Origin: a virus
Virus record (IMG/VR): IMGVR_UViG_3300043570_000998
Location: 25,843-89,842 of that record
Strand: one strand, 5' to 3'
Length of the DNA: 64,000 nt
The notes beneath the pieces were generated by a model that saw only the letters and a list, made by a program, of their open reading frames with translations, did not search any database and was not told where the DNA came from. The stretch's first letter is position 1; every line of letters begins with the position of its first letter. This document shows positions 44,529 to 54,369 of this stretch, piece after piece. Made by a program: the position numbers and the translations under genes.

Positions 44529-46322
44529 ATGAACTTTGAATATCCAATACACGCAGATCGCACCTATCGCATTGATGTAGATGGCGAACAGCATTACATC
44601 ACAGGCGAAAATCTTATTGCTATAGTACTTGACAAACTCAACCAAGAATGAGATAATAGGGGTATGAGAAAAATATTCATACCAACACCTAGTAACCTTA
44701 AACGTAGAGATGAGTTAATGATGAAGCGTGGTGCTCAAAGAATGAAGAGTCGTCTAGTAGATCTTGTAGAGGGTCGAATGGAGAACGGCATCTTTGAGGC
44801 ACAGGCTGCTTATGACCAAGGGCATCCAGATACTGGAGCCTATCTAAGTGGTGCTGTCGCTGCCTGTACTGCAATTATAGGTTCTATTCGAAAGGGAGAG
44901 TTCTAATGACTAACTATGTAAACCTTGACATTAAAGATATGAATGAAACCGAAAGAGAGATTGTGAACGCAGTTATTCACGAGGGAGAAATGAGACAGAA
45001 CGAAAAAATCATTGCCTTGCTTGAGCGTAAGGTCACAGAAGCTTATGGAAACAACAATCTTGAATTGATTGAGTTCCTTGAAGAACTTATCGTAGAAATT
45101 GAGAACATTTAATGGCTAAGACAATTGTACATTTTGGTTCTCCAAATGGAACTACCTATGGAGAGACAAAGAAAATCATTATCATAAAGGAATCAAAGAG
45201 TGAATACTCAGGTTGAGATGCGAGTAGGAGGAAATATTATTACGGTCCTCCACATAGCTCGCATTCAAGGAAACCCAGATAAGCATTCTATCAATAAATA
45301 TGTTGGTGGGTTCCGTCGTCCAGGTGAACAGCCAGATTGGTATGCTGACGATATGGTAGAGTTTGAGCACCGTTATGGTGATGGTATCGAAGAGCTTGTC
45401 CGTAAAGGATTAAACGCAATAAAAGAATCGGAGGAGTTGCAATGATTAAGCTTATGCACTATGAAACAAAAGAGGTAGTAGAGGTAGACCCAGTTGGCAT
45501 TGCTAATGGTTGGATGCTATGTATGGGCGGATACACATACAATATGAGATATTGGAGTCAGGTCTAGTGGATCGTAAAGCACGTAGAGACAATAAGAAAG
45601 TTCTTGAAACGGTCAAGCGTAAAGCCAAACAGGATATGGCAGAGTGGATTCTTGAAATTGATCGTATGCCAAGCGAACAAGAGATGCTTGCATTTCAGGC
45701 AGGGTACATTTCAGGAATGAATAGAGGAGCTAATAATGAAAGATAAAGTAGAGATGAAATATGTCTCCGACGATTCTGGGTACTGGGAACTTACAGTTAG
45801 CAATAAGTTTATTGGAGAACAGGTAGTAAGACTTGATGCCAGCAATGCTATGTTAATTGCTATGGCTATTGGTACTGTACGAGATTTGGGTAGACAAGAA
45901 GGTTACGAGAAAGCTCACAAGAAATATAAAGCTATCCACAAACTTTCTAATTTTACTACTCCCCTTACAACAGAAACAAACCGTCCTTGGGATGATGCAG
46001 ATACTCCAATGCGTTGGAATCCTGAGTGGAAGTTAAATGATCCAAACAAGTAATCATTTAGTTTGTATTTGTGGAACGACGTGTACAAATATGCTACATC
46101 CAGAACAGATACAGGATTTTTGGGATGCACACGAGGAGTGCTATGAACAACGATAAACTTGAAGAGATGTACAACAGGATTGTCCAGTCTTCTATGCAAG
46201 AAGGACGACTAATGGAACAAATTAAAATACTTAAGATAGTTTCTGCACTACATCAGCAGGGTAGAATAAGTGACGAAGTTATGCAAGTATTCTTTATGGA
46301 GCTATCACTTGACATAGATTGA
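44529..46322 (+). other. Cluster of small hypothetical genes (e.g. 44664-44906, 44906-45112, 45200-45445, 45736-46053)
   Basis: Tightly packed ORFs with RBS or leaderless starts; promoter TTGACA-N17-GATAAT at 44629. Confidence 0.55.
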
Positions 46323-46337
46323 CCCAACCTGTATAAT
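46309..46337 (+). promoter_or_regulatory. Consensus SigA promoter, leaderless transcript of nuclease gene
   Basis: TTGACA-N17-TATAAT, ATG 6 nt later. Confidence 0.85.
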
Positions 46338-46343
46338 AGAGGT

Positions 46344-47057
46344 ATGAGAGACATTAAGACCTATGCCCAATTGCGTACCTACCTTAATGATGGTAAGCGT
46401 TCGCAGTCACCTAAGACACAGGCTGTTCTTAATATCTTAATCGATAATCCTACTGGAGTGTTTCGTTGTTGTCTTCGTGCTAGGCTACAGGAGCAGGGGA
46501 TTGATGTTGGTCAGCCAGCAGCACAGATCCGTGACCTTCGTGCTAGTGGAGTAAACATTCCCAAGCAACCTAGCAAGGGATACTGTGACACACATAACCG
46601 TACAGACACTCTTGATATGTTAGAAGCACCTTACATTACTGGCAATGATTATGCTCGTGCAATCTATAGCCCTAAAGAAATTAAATCTATTCAAACACTT
46701 CTTGGCAACACTGATGCATTTACAATGATTCGTGTCAGCACTGCACTTGAAGTGGACCATCGCATTCCTGTTGGTCGTATGATGCTCTCGGATGAAGTCA
46801 AGGAGTCTAGGGTTAACGCTACAGACTTTGAGGCGGTAAATAAACAATACCAACTTCTTACTAGAGAAACCAACCTATACAAATCACGTATGTGTGAACG
46901 TTGTGTAGATACAGAAACAAAGCCAGAAGCGTTCCTTGGCATTGAGATACCAAAGTCTATGGGTGGTAACCAACCATTTGTAGAAGGCAAGAATGATTGT
47001 TCGTCTTGTCCATTCGCATTCCCAGAGAAGTTCCGTTCACAAATTAAATTCGCATAG
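46344..47057 (+). CDS. HNH restriction-endonuclease-like protein (NlaIII/IceA/NspI/SphI-like)
   Basis: LEVDH...YQLL...N..K...CERC...CSSC...P..FR parallels NlaIII IEIDH...FQPL...N..K...CKAC...CVGC...P..YR (alignment from memory). Confidence 0.65.
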   Translation: MRDIKTYAQLRTYLNDGKRSQSPKTQAVLNILIDNPTGVFRCCLRARLQEQGIDVGQPAAQIRDLRASGVNIPKQPSKGYCDTHNRTDTLDMLEAPYITGNDYARAIYSPKEIKSIQTLLGNTDAFTMIRVSTALEVDHRIPVGRMMLSDEVKESRVNATDFEAVNKQYQLLTRETNLYKSRMCERCVDTETKPEAFLGIEIPKSMGGNQPFVEGKNDCSSCPFAFPEKFRSQIKFA

Positions 47058-47065
47058 GAGATACA

Positions 47066-47545
47066 ATGCAAACATTCCTTCCATACGCAGACTTCAATAA
47101 GTCTGCAGAAGTTCTAGATAACCGACGACTCAACAAGCAGATCCTTGAAGGCTATCAAATCCTCAAGGTTCTTGGCAACCCTGACCCTCGTGCTGGATGG
47201 CGTAATCATCCTGCTGTTAAGATGTGGCGTGGTCACGAGTTCTCATTGTTTGGATACGTAATGACTATGGTTGATGAAGCCAAGGCTCGTGGCATCAAGA
47301 CTGATAAGAACGAAGAGAACCTTTGGAATCTTCACGCAGATCGATTCCTTGATTGGGGTGTAGGTGCTCCAGAATGGTGGGGTAACGAAGATAAGATGTC
47401 TCGCATTGTTACTACACACAAAGCTAATCTATATAAGAAAGATCCTATGTACTACCACGAATTTATTGATGCGGTCAATGATACAGACAACAAGCCTTGC
47501 TGCGATACTTGTCAGTACTACTGGGTTACACACGAGGTGGCATAA
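47066..47545 (+). CDS. MSMEG_6728 / pyrimidine-dimer glycosylase-like protein
   Basis: MQTFLPY..LD.RRL.KQ..E..Q...GW.NHPAV.MW.G. Confidence 0.85.
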   Translation: MQTFLPYADFNKSAEVLDNRRLNKQILEGYQILKVLGNPDPRAGWRNHPAVKMWRGHEFSLFGYVMTMVDEAKARGIKTDKNEENLWNLHADRFLDWGVGAPEWWGNEDKMSRIVTTHKANLYKKDPMYYHEFIDAVNDTDNKPCCDTCQYYWVTHEVA

Positions 47546-47748
47546 TGATTAAGTTTGAACACAATATGCTGGTTCTCAATAATGCATTTTCTAATGAGGA
47601 CGTCGAGCAGATCAATGCATTTGCAGAGTATGTTCGTAGCCAAGAACGTGATCGTATCATTGCACTACTTGAATCCAAGAATGAATGGCACTATGCGTTT
47701 TCAGACGTTTCTGATGTTATCGCACTTATTCAAGGAGAGAACAAATGA
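47545..47748 (+). CDS. Hypothetical protein
   Basis: Coupled; ERDRIIALLE motif shared with 44906 ORF. Confidence 0.5.
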   Translation: MIKFEHNMLVLNNAFSNEDVEQINAFAEYVRSQERDRIIALLESKNEWHYAFSDVSDVIALIQGENK

Positions 47749-47905
47749 TTCTAGCCTGGACATTGTTTACCGTAGGACTCGTTCTAGGTCTGATGGGTGG
47801 ACTCACTTGGGTAACCTGGTGGTTTGCTATTGCATTTAAAGACTATAAGCCTGAATCTGAATAAATAGTTCGGCGGAAAAGTTCGGCGGTATAGAGGACC
47901 TAAGC

Positions 47906-47934
47906 TTGACAAGCAAGCAAGTAATTGGTATAAT
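47906..47934 (+). promoter_or_regulatory. SigA promoter
   Basis: TTGACA-N17-TATAAT. Confidence 0.85.
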
Positions 47935-47960
47935 AGATATAACACAACAAGGAGAACACA

Positions 47961-48182
47961 TTGACAGTTAAGAAAACATACGATGCATTTGATGCACGTG
48001 GATGGAAGACACACGATGGCAAGGATCGAAGGATTACGCTGTATGTGCAAGGACAGCACGGAAGCGTACAGCACGATCTTTCATTGGCAGAGGTTGTTGA
48101 ATTGCAGGAACTCTTGGCACGAGCTGTTGCTCAGTCTGCTGAAGAGCCTAATAACAATCCCTGGAACGAGACTCCATTCTAA
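47961..48182 (+). CDS. Hypothetical protein
   Basis: TTG after AAGGAG. Confidence 0.55.
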   Translation: MTVKKTYDAFDARGWKTHDGKDRRITLYVQGQHGSVQHDLSLAEVVELQELLARAVAQSAEEPNNNPWNETPF

Positions 48183-48203
48183 TTCGGAGGTAGACGCAAA
48201 TAG

Positions 48204-48232
48204 TGAGGGGTAACGAAAGTTGCCCCTCATTT
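48204..48232 (+). terminator. Terminator hairpin
   Basis: TGAGGGGTAAC-GAAA-GTTGCCCCTCA. Confidence 0.75.
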
Positions 48233-48248
48233 GTTATATAATAATAGT

Positions 48249-48875
48249 ATGGAAACCACCCTAGTTAAATTGGTCCCATTGAAGGAAGGTCACGCCAGTG
48301 GTCTATACTTTAGCGTTGGGGCAAATGATAATGTGTTTCGTAATCTATTATGGGACACACCACAGTCAATCCTTGACTATGCCATAATCGTAAAGCAAAT
48401 CAAAAAGAATAATAATAAAAGCTTTGCGGTTATAGATAAAGCCACAAAACAAATTGTTGGCACAACATCCTATGTTGATTACTCCAAGCACGATAGGTCA
48501 GCAGAAATTGGCGGTACATTCTATTCAGAGTCAGTATGGAAAAGTCACATTAACACCCATAGTAAATACCTTATGCTGCAATATGCATTTGAGGTATTGG
48601 AGTGTGAGAGAGTAGCCTTCAAGACAGATGCACTCAACGAACGATCTCAGAAAGCAATCCTGCGTCTAGGTGCTACCTACGAAGGAACTAAGCGTCATAA
48701 CAAACTACGACCTGATGGAACCTGGAGAGACACCTCATACTTCTCTATTCTTGGAGATGAATGGGATGACATCAAAGCTACAATTTTCGGGGGAATTAAA
48801 AGTGATAACGAATATCCCCTATATAACAACATACCTATAACACCTATAGGAACATATAAGTCTATGTGGTTTTAG
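48249..48875 (+). CDS. GNAT acetyltransferase (RimJ/RimL family)
   Basis: AEIG..W...N..SK.L..YAFE..RV.FKTD.LN.RSQ.AI.RLGA.YEG..R....DG.WRDT. Confidence 0.88.
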   Translation: METTLVKLVPLKEGHASGLYFSVGANDNVFRNLLWDTPQSILDYAIIVKQIKKNNNKSFAVIDKATKQIVGTTSYVDYSKHDRSAEIGGTFYSESVWKSHINTHSKYLMLQYAFEVLECERVAFKTDALNERSQKAILRLGATYEGTKRHNKLRPDGTWRDTSYFSILGDEWDDIKATIFGGIKSDNEYPLYNNIPITPIGTYKSMWF

Positions 48876-49602
48876 GGATATAGAGCTGTTTGAGATCAAG
48901 GATAATAGCCCCACACAGCCCATTCTGAGGCTTCTGAGGACACATTTATCCACAGTTTTATCCACAATCATCTTACTGATATGGATATTATCTGACTGAA
49001 AGAGGATGTTGGATAAGTTGTTTGATGTACTGACTATATATAGTAGGCGTTCGTAATCCCAAACACTACATCTTGTGTCCCCATATACGCCAAACATCCC
49101 TTCTAGCACATCTACCCCCATTTGTCAACCCCTATATGTAGTGTATTTTATGCCCAGAAACCACTATATATTGTGTATAAACATATCAAAACATTCTATT
49201 TTATATCAGAAAATGTACAATTTGTGCAAGAATCTGGGAAAAATAATCAAGGGTTCGTAATGTCTATGTTTGTTATTATATAGGGGATAATGGGTATACT
49301 TAGCTGCCCCAAAATATTTATATCAAACCATCCTATTAGACATATCCACATTTCGGGGGTATCAAATAGAAGATCGTAATCCTTTAGTATATATATTACC
49401 TATAGGGGAAATACTCTATCATCTGATACCCTCCAAACTTTCTGGGATTTTTTGGAAAGGGTTCTTAATGTCTGTAGAATTTGGGAAATATATTTAGGGG
49501 TTCGTAATAGCTGTTCGTAAAGGTGTTTGTTAGTATGTTATAACATTTTGCGCAGCCACCTGGGGATAACTCTGTGGATAGAGCTACCCCCCTGTGGATA
49601 GA
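48876..49602. other. Non-coding convergence zone with DnaA boxes and TTCGTAA repeats (candidate origin or injection-control region)
   Basis: TTATCCACA at 48946 and 48958; TGTGGATAG at 49573 and 49593; repeated (GGG)TTCGTAAT; AT-rich. Confidence 0.55.
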
Positions 49603-49881
49603 TTACTCTGACTCTAGCGGAGTATCCCCTGTAGCCATAAGCAAATCGTCTAGCGAAATCCAGCCCTCGTCTTCTGTACCAAGACCAGAAAGCAAAAGGT
49701 CAAAGGTTTCGTCAATAAACTTATTGGACAATTCTGTTCCCTTGACAACTCCCTCGGACAAGGCATAAGCCAAAGGCAAGCCCATATCGTTATATTGGAT
49801 AAAGTCCTCGAACTGTTCATCATCACGAAAGTTTAGCCAAAGGTCAGCAAGGATAAGACACTTGTTCTCAAATGTAGTCAT
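49603..49881 (-). CDS. Acidic hypothetical protein
   Basis: ORF with RBS. Confidence 0.6.
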   Translation of the reverse strand: MTTFENKCLILADLWLNFRDDEQFEDFIQYNDMGLPLAYALSEGVVKGTELSNKFIDETFDLLLSGLGTEDEGWISLDDLLMATGDTPLESE

Positions 49882-50062
49882 TGTGTTTGCTCTCTTTCTC
49901 ATCTTTTAGAAAATCTGCCATAAGCAGGATACGGTTGATTGTTACATTGGGTGACAGTTGGTGAACATAAAGTGAAATCATTTCCAAATCCAAACGCAAG
50001 TCTGAAATCATATCTGATAATCGCTTTGCCACCTTTTCCTCGTCTGTTACTATTTTTCTCAT
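49868..50062 (-). CDS. Hypothetical protein
   Basis: TGGTATAAT promoter and GAGGAG RBS. Confidence 0.55.
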   Translation of the reverse strand: MRKIVTDEEKVAKRLSDMISDLRLDLEMISLYVHQLSPNVTINRILLMADFLKDEKESKHNDYI

Positions 50063-50085
50063 ATTACTCCTCAATCCATTATACC

Positions 50086-50200
50086 AAAAGTGGGGCAGGA
50101 ACGCAAGTGCTGAAAGGAATAAAGTCACTTACGTCCCCACCCAGTTTGTAGACGGAACCCCCATTCAACGTCTACTGTCCGTCACGCCATTGTGACAGGC
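50086..50200 (-). ncRNA. Three-hairpin structured RNA/terminator with anti-SD loop
   Basis: Stems CTGTCAC/GTGACGG, GTAGACG/CGTCTAC, GTGGGG-ACGTAAGTG/CACTTGCGT-CCCCAC, then T tract. Confidence 0.5.
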
Positions 50201-50207
50201 TATGTGT

Positions 50208-50543
50208 CTATATATAGTTAAGGGCTAGAGCACCTGGACGACGCTCTCCCAAATCGATCCCCTTGAGTATCTTACCAATACGACGTGTAGGAATCTTTAC
50301 CTCGTTGGCAAACACCCACCAGTCACTGCCGTACTCGTCCATAGGGAACTGGTCTGCAAGCCACTCAGTCTCATAGAAGTCACACTTGATGAGGACACCA
50401 GTTTCAATGTTACGAATACCTTCGTCATCCTCTTCCCTGATGTATACTTCAATGGTTAGTTTGTCATCCCACCAGGTCCCCAACTCTTTCGTGTAGAACT
50501 CCTTGTAGAACATATTTAGGTCTAGCGTTCTATACCCTCGCAT
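50208..50543 (-). CDS. Hypothetical protein
   Basis: RBS GAAAGG. Confidence 0.6.
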   Translation of the reverse strand: MRGYRTLDLNMFYKEFYTKELGTWWDDKLTIEVYIREEDDEGIRNIETGVLIKCDFYETEWLADQFPMDEYGSDWWVFANEVKIPTRRIGKILKGIDLGERRPGALALNYI

Positions 50544-50557
50544 AATTACCTTTCGAT

Positions 50558-51076
50558 TTAGAAGTGGAAGTCAACAGGGACAAGGAACCAAAGTGTACCG
50601 TTGTTGATACGGTCTTTAGTCATATGAACAGGATTAGTTGACCAGTTCTCAAGGTCAAAGAAGTAGGAGTTGAAGTCCCAGTTACCCTGAGCCATATCAA
50701 TCATCTTGCCGAGGGTATAGAGTTTCATAGAGTAGTCCATAGTACCGTCAAACTCATCAAAGTAAGAATCAAGATTGATGTTGCTCTGCTCCCACTCGGC
50801 ACGGTAACGACGGAATTCTGAAAGACGTGACTCAATGCATTCATCTAGAATCTTCTCGAATGCTTCACTATCTTTAGAAGAAACAACCATACTCTCGTCA
50901 CCGTCTTTGTATGGGTCAGCGTTAGGATTGAAACGTCCACCACCAGTTACGAACCAGTCGTACCAAGAAGTAGTGGAACCGTCATTGCCAAGCATTGATT
51001 CTAAAGTTGAACGAATACTGTAAATGGCTTCTTCAGGGGAATCAGCCTTTACTGCGATGTATTGTAGAACGTGCAT
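50558..51076 (-). CDS. Hypothetical protein (WYDWF.TGGGRF family)
   Basis: RBS; promoter TTGACA-N17-TATAAT at 51134-51106. Confidence 0.65.
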   Translation of the reverse strand: MHVLQYIAVKADSPEEAIYSIRSTLESMLGNDGSTTSWYDWFVTGGGRFNPNADPYKDGDESMVVSSKDSEAFEKILDECIESRLSEFRRYRAEWEQSNINLDSYFDEFDGTMDYSMKLYTLGKMIDMAQGNWDFNSYFFDLENWSTNPVHMTKDRINNGTLWFLVPVDFHF

Positions 51077-51397
51077 TTGTTTTTCCTTTTGTTGTAAGTT
51101 ATCTTATTATATCAAGATTCGGGGTTTTTGTCAAGAGGTTCGTAAGGGAACTTTGTCATTAGGTGTTCGTATGCTTCGACGATACCTTGCAGGTAGTCAG
51201 AACCTTGTCCATCTTGTAAGACAGACTCTTCCCAATCCTCAAGAACGTCAGGGTATTGATTAGTTATATAAGATAAGATCTGATTATCCATTACAGTTCT
51301 CCTACTACTACCTTGCCAAAACAATCAGTACAAAGATAGTTATAGTCTTCTACATCTGCATACACAGCATAATTGGTACATCCATTTATCTCACACA

Positions 51398-51565
51398 TTA
51401 TTCATTGTCCTGAATCTCAAAGTCCCACTCTGCGTGGTTCTTGTATGGGTCAAAGTCATCTAGAATCCAGTCGTCCAATGAGGCATAGGCTGCATCCTCA
51501 CTCTCTGCTTCAACAGGAACGAGATACTCAGTACGCACGGTTGCTGTGATTAGATATTTACGCAT
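51398..51565 (-). CDS. Small acidic protein (VEAESEDAA family; not in track)
   Basis: MRKYLITATVRTEYLVPVEAESEDAAY... Confidence 0.6.
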   Translation of the reverse strand: MRKYLITATVRTEYLVPVEAESEDAAYASLDDWILDDFDPYKNHAEWDFEIQDNE

Positions 51566-51800
51566 ACACCCTCTTATCGTCAGTTACAAATACATCTTCA
51601 ATCCACGGCTTCTCGGTAACGAAATAGCCAAGACGATTGAATCGGCGGTAGCCATTGGTTAGATTAGCGTACCGTCCATCTCCGTCAATCATTGTCCAAA
51701 CATAGTTAGGCAAAGTACCGTCAGGGATATCGTCAAGGTCATCGTAAGCCAATGGGGTAGTTGGCAGATAGGTGTCTTCCCATTCGTCCCAAGTAATCAT
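51558..51800 (-). CDS. Hypothetical protein
   Basis: VWT..DG...G...NRLGYFVTE.PW. Confidence 0.6.
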   Translation of the reverse strand: MITWDEWEDTYLPTTPLAYDDLDDIPDGTLPNYVWTMIDGDGRYANLTNGYRRFNRLGYFVTEKPWIEDVFVTDDKRVYA

Positions 51801-51991
51801 TACTCTACAATCTCCATTTCGATACAGTTATAAAGGTCTTCCCCTTGATAAGACATCTGAACTAGGTCTTGTGCCATAGTCTCTCTGAAATAATCTAGTT
51901 TCTCTTCTAGAGTTGCTTCCTCGCTAAACATCTCAAAGAGTGGGTCTTCGTCAAGGTTGAACTCAAAGGTAATAGTTCCTCGTGCAATCAT
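51800..51991 (-). CDS. Small acidic protein
   Basis: Coupled ORF. Confidence 0.55.
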   Translation of the reverse strand: MIARGTITFEFNLDEDPLFEMFSEEATLEEKLDYFRETMAQDLVQMSYQGEDLYNCIEMEIVE

Positions 51992-52152
51992 TACTTATCT
52001 CCAAAGTTATTGCTGTCATAGGGGTCAATCATTGCTTCCCAATCACCGTCAGGCATATCTTCGTGCTGAATGATAGCCAACTCGATTGCTTGCTCTTCGC
52101 TATCTGCTTCTACCCAATAGGTAGCATTGTATTCTACTTGATAAGTCTTCAT
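51991..52152 (-). CDS. Small acidic protein (VEADSEEQA family; not in track)
   Basis: MKTYQVEYNATYWVEADSEEQAIE..., RBS GAGGAG. Confidence 0.6.
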   Translation of the reverse strand: MKTYQVEYNATYWVEADSEEQAIELAIIQHEDMPDGDWEAMIDPYDSNNFGDK

Positions 52153-52323
52153 CTTACTCCTCGTCCATAAATTTGATGAATGTCTTTATTAGGTTTAGTC
52201 CAATTATAGCATTGAGGTACGACACGGAACTATCGTTCAGCAACTCGTCAATCTTGGTCGTAATCTCTTGCTTGACAGATTCCCTGGATTCTAAAATGGC
52301 ATCCGTAATCATTTCTCTGCTGG

Positions 52324-52554
52324 TCATAAGGACACCTTCCCATAGTCGTCAAATTCTTCAGCCTTGCCCTCGTCTTCCCAATCTGAATTGAGACTCCAGT
52401 TCTTAGCATCATCGTTGAAAAGACTAATAAGCATATTCTGAGATTCATCATCAAACCTGCCAATGTCCCACTCGTCCGTGCCTACAATAGCAAACTTGAT
52501 TTCGGCAGGGTATTTGTTGTGGTCATAAATATAAACCATTACCTTAGTACTCAT
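52324..52554 (-). CDS. Small acidic protein
   Basis: RBS GGAGAGG. Confidence 0.55.
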   Translation of the reverse strand: MSTKVMVYIYDHNKYPAEIKFAIVGTDEWDIGRFDDESQNMLISLFNDDAKNWSLNSDWEDEGKAEEFDDYGKVSL

Positions 52555-52610
52555 TGCTCATATCCTCTCCACAGAACATACAGTAGTCACCGTCATTAGG
52601 GACACAGTTA

Positions 52611-52823
52611 TCACTCTTCATCTTCAGGCTCACATTCACACTCTTCAATGTCTGATTCACAGTCTTCACACACTTCTCCATCTTCTTCAATCTCTAACTC
52701 ATCAGTACCGTGATAGTAGTCATTGAGATTTTTGAGGAAGATATCATAAGCCTCATCTTCAGTTTCAGCAATGATACCCTCAGCCACATATTCATATGTA
52801 GCACGAACATCAAACTTCTTCAT
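52611..52823 (-). CDS. Very acidic small protein (IAETEDEA family)
   Basis: First gene after cassette promoter. Confidence 0.6.
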   Translation of the reverse strand: MKKFDVRATYEYVAEGIIAETEDEAYDIFLKNLNDYYHGTDELEIEEDGEVCEDCESDIEECECEPEDEE

Positions 52824-53004
52824 TTCATACCTTTCATTAGGGGATACTTCTATTATACTGCGTACCACCGACATAAAACAAGAGGAATTCGGGTGATTTT
52901 TTTAGAGGTTCGTAATTGATTTTTAATGATTAACTATCTATGTTTAGAAATTTTGGGGCGCAGCTCCTGTGGATAACTTATCCCCAATCGATCCCCCTAG
53001 GGGG

Positions 53005-53031
53005 AGGCAGTTTAGACTGTTGCCTAGCAGT
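53005..53031 (-). ncRNA. H-type pseudoknot motif, copy B
   Basis: ACTG-CT-AGGCA-A-CAGT-CTAAAC-TGCCT. Confidence 0.65.
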
Positions 53032-53037
53032 TAGGGA

Positions 53038-54060
53038 TTAGACTCCCAGCATTACGGAAGCAACGACACGAGCAAGACGGTTCTTCTCTGCCGTGATAGC
53101 AGGGTCAAAACCACTAGCACCAGCCAAGATGTTTTCGGTGTTACCACCACGAGCAGTCCTGTGCCAATCAAGGCGTTCGGTGAGAGCGTTGAGAGTACCC
53201 CACGCCGTTCCTGTAATCGTGTTGTTGAAGTCACCAACATAAATGTCGTTGATGAGGTCAATCTTGTTCTCGTGCTTTTTGAACGAACCCTTGCTATCCT
53301 TTTCAGGAGCAGGGTAAGCGAGAGCAACAATCTGGTCAAACTCTGCCTTTGTGACTTCGGTTTCAATCATAGCGTTAGCCATAATGGAAAACTCGTCAAG
53401 GTAAGTCTGTGCCAAGCCCAATGCTTCACGAGCAACTTGAACCTTACCGTCAGCAGTCTGCGTGTGACGGATTTTGAACGACTGCTTGACATTACGCCAC
53501 TTGCCAACTCCGCCACCAAGAGCAAGGTTGAGAGTGTTAGCACACACAACACGAACAGGCGTGATACTTGCCATAATGGAGATAGAGCCGTCGTGACTTG
53601 TGTTGATGAGTAGGTAGTTGTCAATCTTGTCAGCACGACCATTAGGGTCAAGCGTGATTGAATTGTCAAGAGCAAGCGAGCCAAAGACTACACGACCACC
53701 CTTGATTGAACCAGCGGTTTCCCAACGACCACCACCGTCAAGCAGGTTGTCACCAAAAGTGAACAAGTCCTCGTTTTGGAGAGTGTGGTATCGTTCTCCA
53801 ACTACGCCAAGCACATCATTCTGTGTCTTGTCAAATGGGTTAGTACGGCAGACAAAGTAGTTTGTCTTGTCCGATACATATCCCTCTGGAAATGACAGTT
53901 CTTCCAAACGGACATTCCAATTATCAAGGTGAGCGAGTTTGAGCATTTCGGAAGTCTTTACTTCCTCTTCAAACACAGTACCCAACTTGTGCCAAGCAGG
54001 TTCTCGCAAAGAAGCAAAAGCCACTTCGCCATTAGCACCAATTTCTAAATCGTGAGCCAT
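53038..54060 (-). CDS. DUF932-family (phage/plasmid) protein
   Basis: PAWH.LG, ETAGS..GG, YLL..SHDG, RVVCANTL, GTAWG..NA..E. Confidence 0.85.
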   Translation of the reverse strand: MAHDLEIGANGEVAFASLREPAWHKLGTVFEEEVKTSEMLKLAHLDNWNVRLEELSFPEGYVSDKTNYFVCRTNPFDKTQNDVLGVVGERYHTLQNEDLFTFGDNLLDGGGRWETAGSIKGGRVVFGSLALDNSITLDPNGRADKIDNYLLINTSHDGSISIMASITPVRVVCANTLNLALGGGVGKWRNVKQSFKIRHTQTADGKVQVAREALGLAQTYLDEFSIMANAMIETEVTKAEFDQIVALAYPAPEKDSKGSFKKHENKIDLINDIYVGDFNNTITGTAWGTLNALTERLDWHRTARGGNTENILAGASGFDPAITAEKNRLARVVASVMLGV

Positions 54061-54369
54061 TGTATACCTTTCGTTTTGTTGTTAGTTCTATTATACAGCC
54101 GACCACCGACATATAACTATTTCAGGGAACATTTTGGGAGCTTCGTAACCTAACCGTAATAAGTATGTTCTAACAAATCGGGGGCGCAAATCGATCCCCT
54201 ACCCATACAAAAATCCCCCTGTTTACCAGCAGTCTATCCAGACCACTTCACAGGGGGACTAATGTGTGAAAGTTTATTTTAGTAAAGACCCATCATTTCA
54301 CCGTAGTAACTTCTTTACCTAGACAGTTCCTATATATCAACTGACAACTTCAACCTCTGTTTCAAGGTG

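Noticed and set aside
48819-49260. ORFs in the junction region
   Set aside because: No RBS, atypical composition, overlap DnaA boxes and repeats
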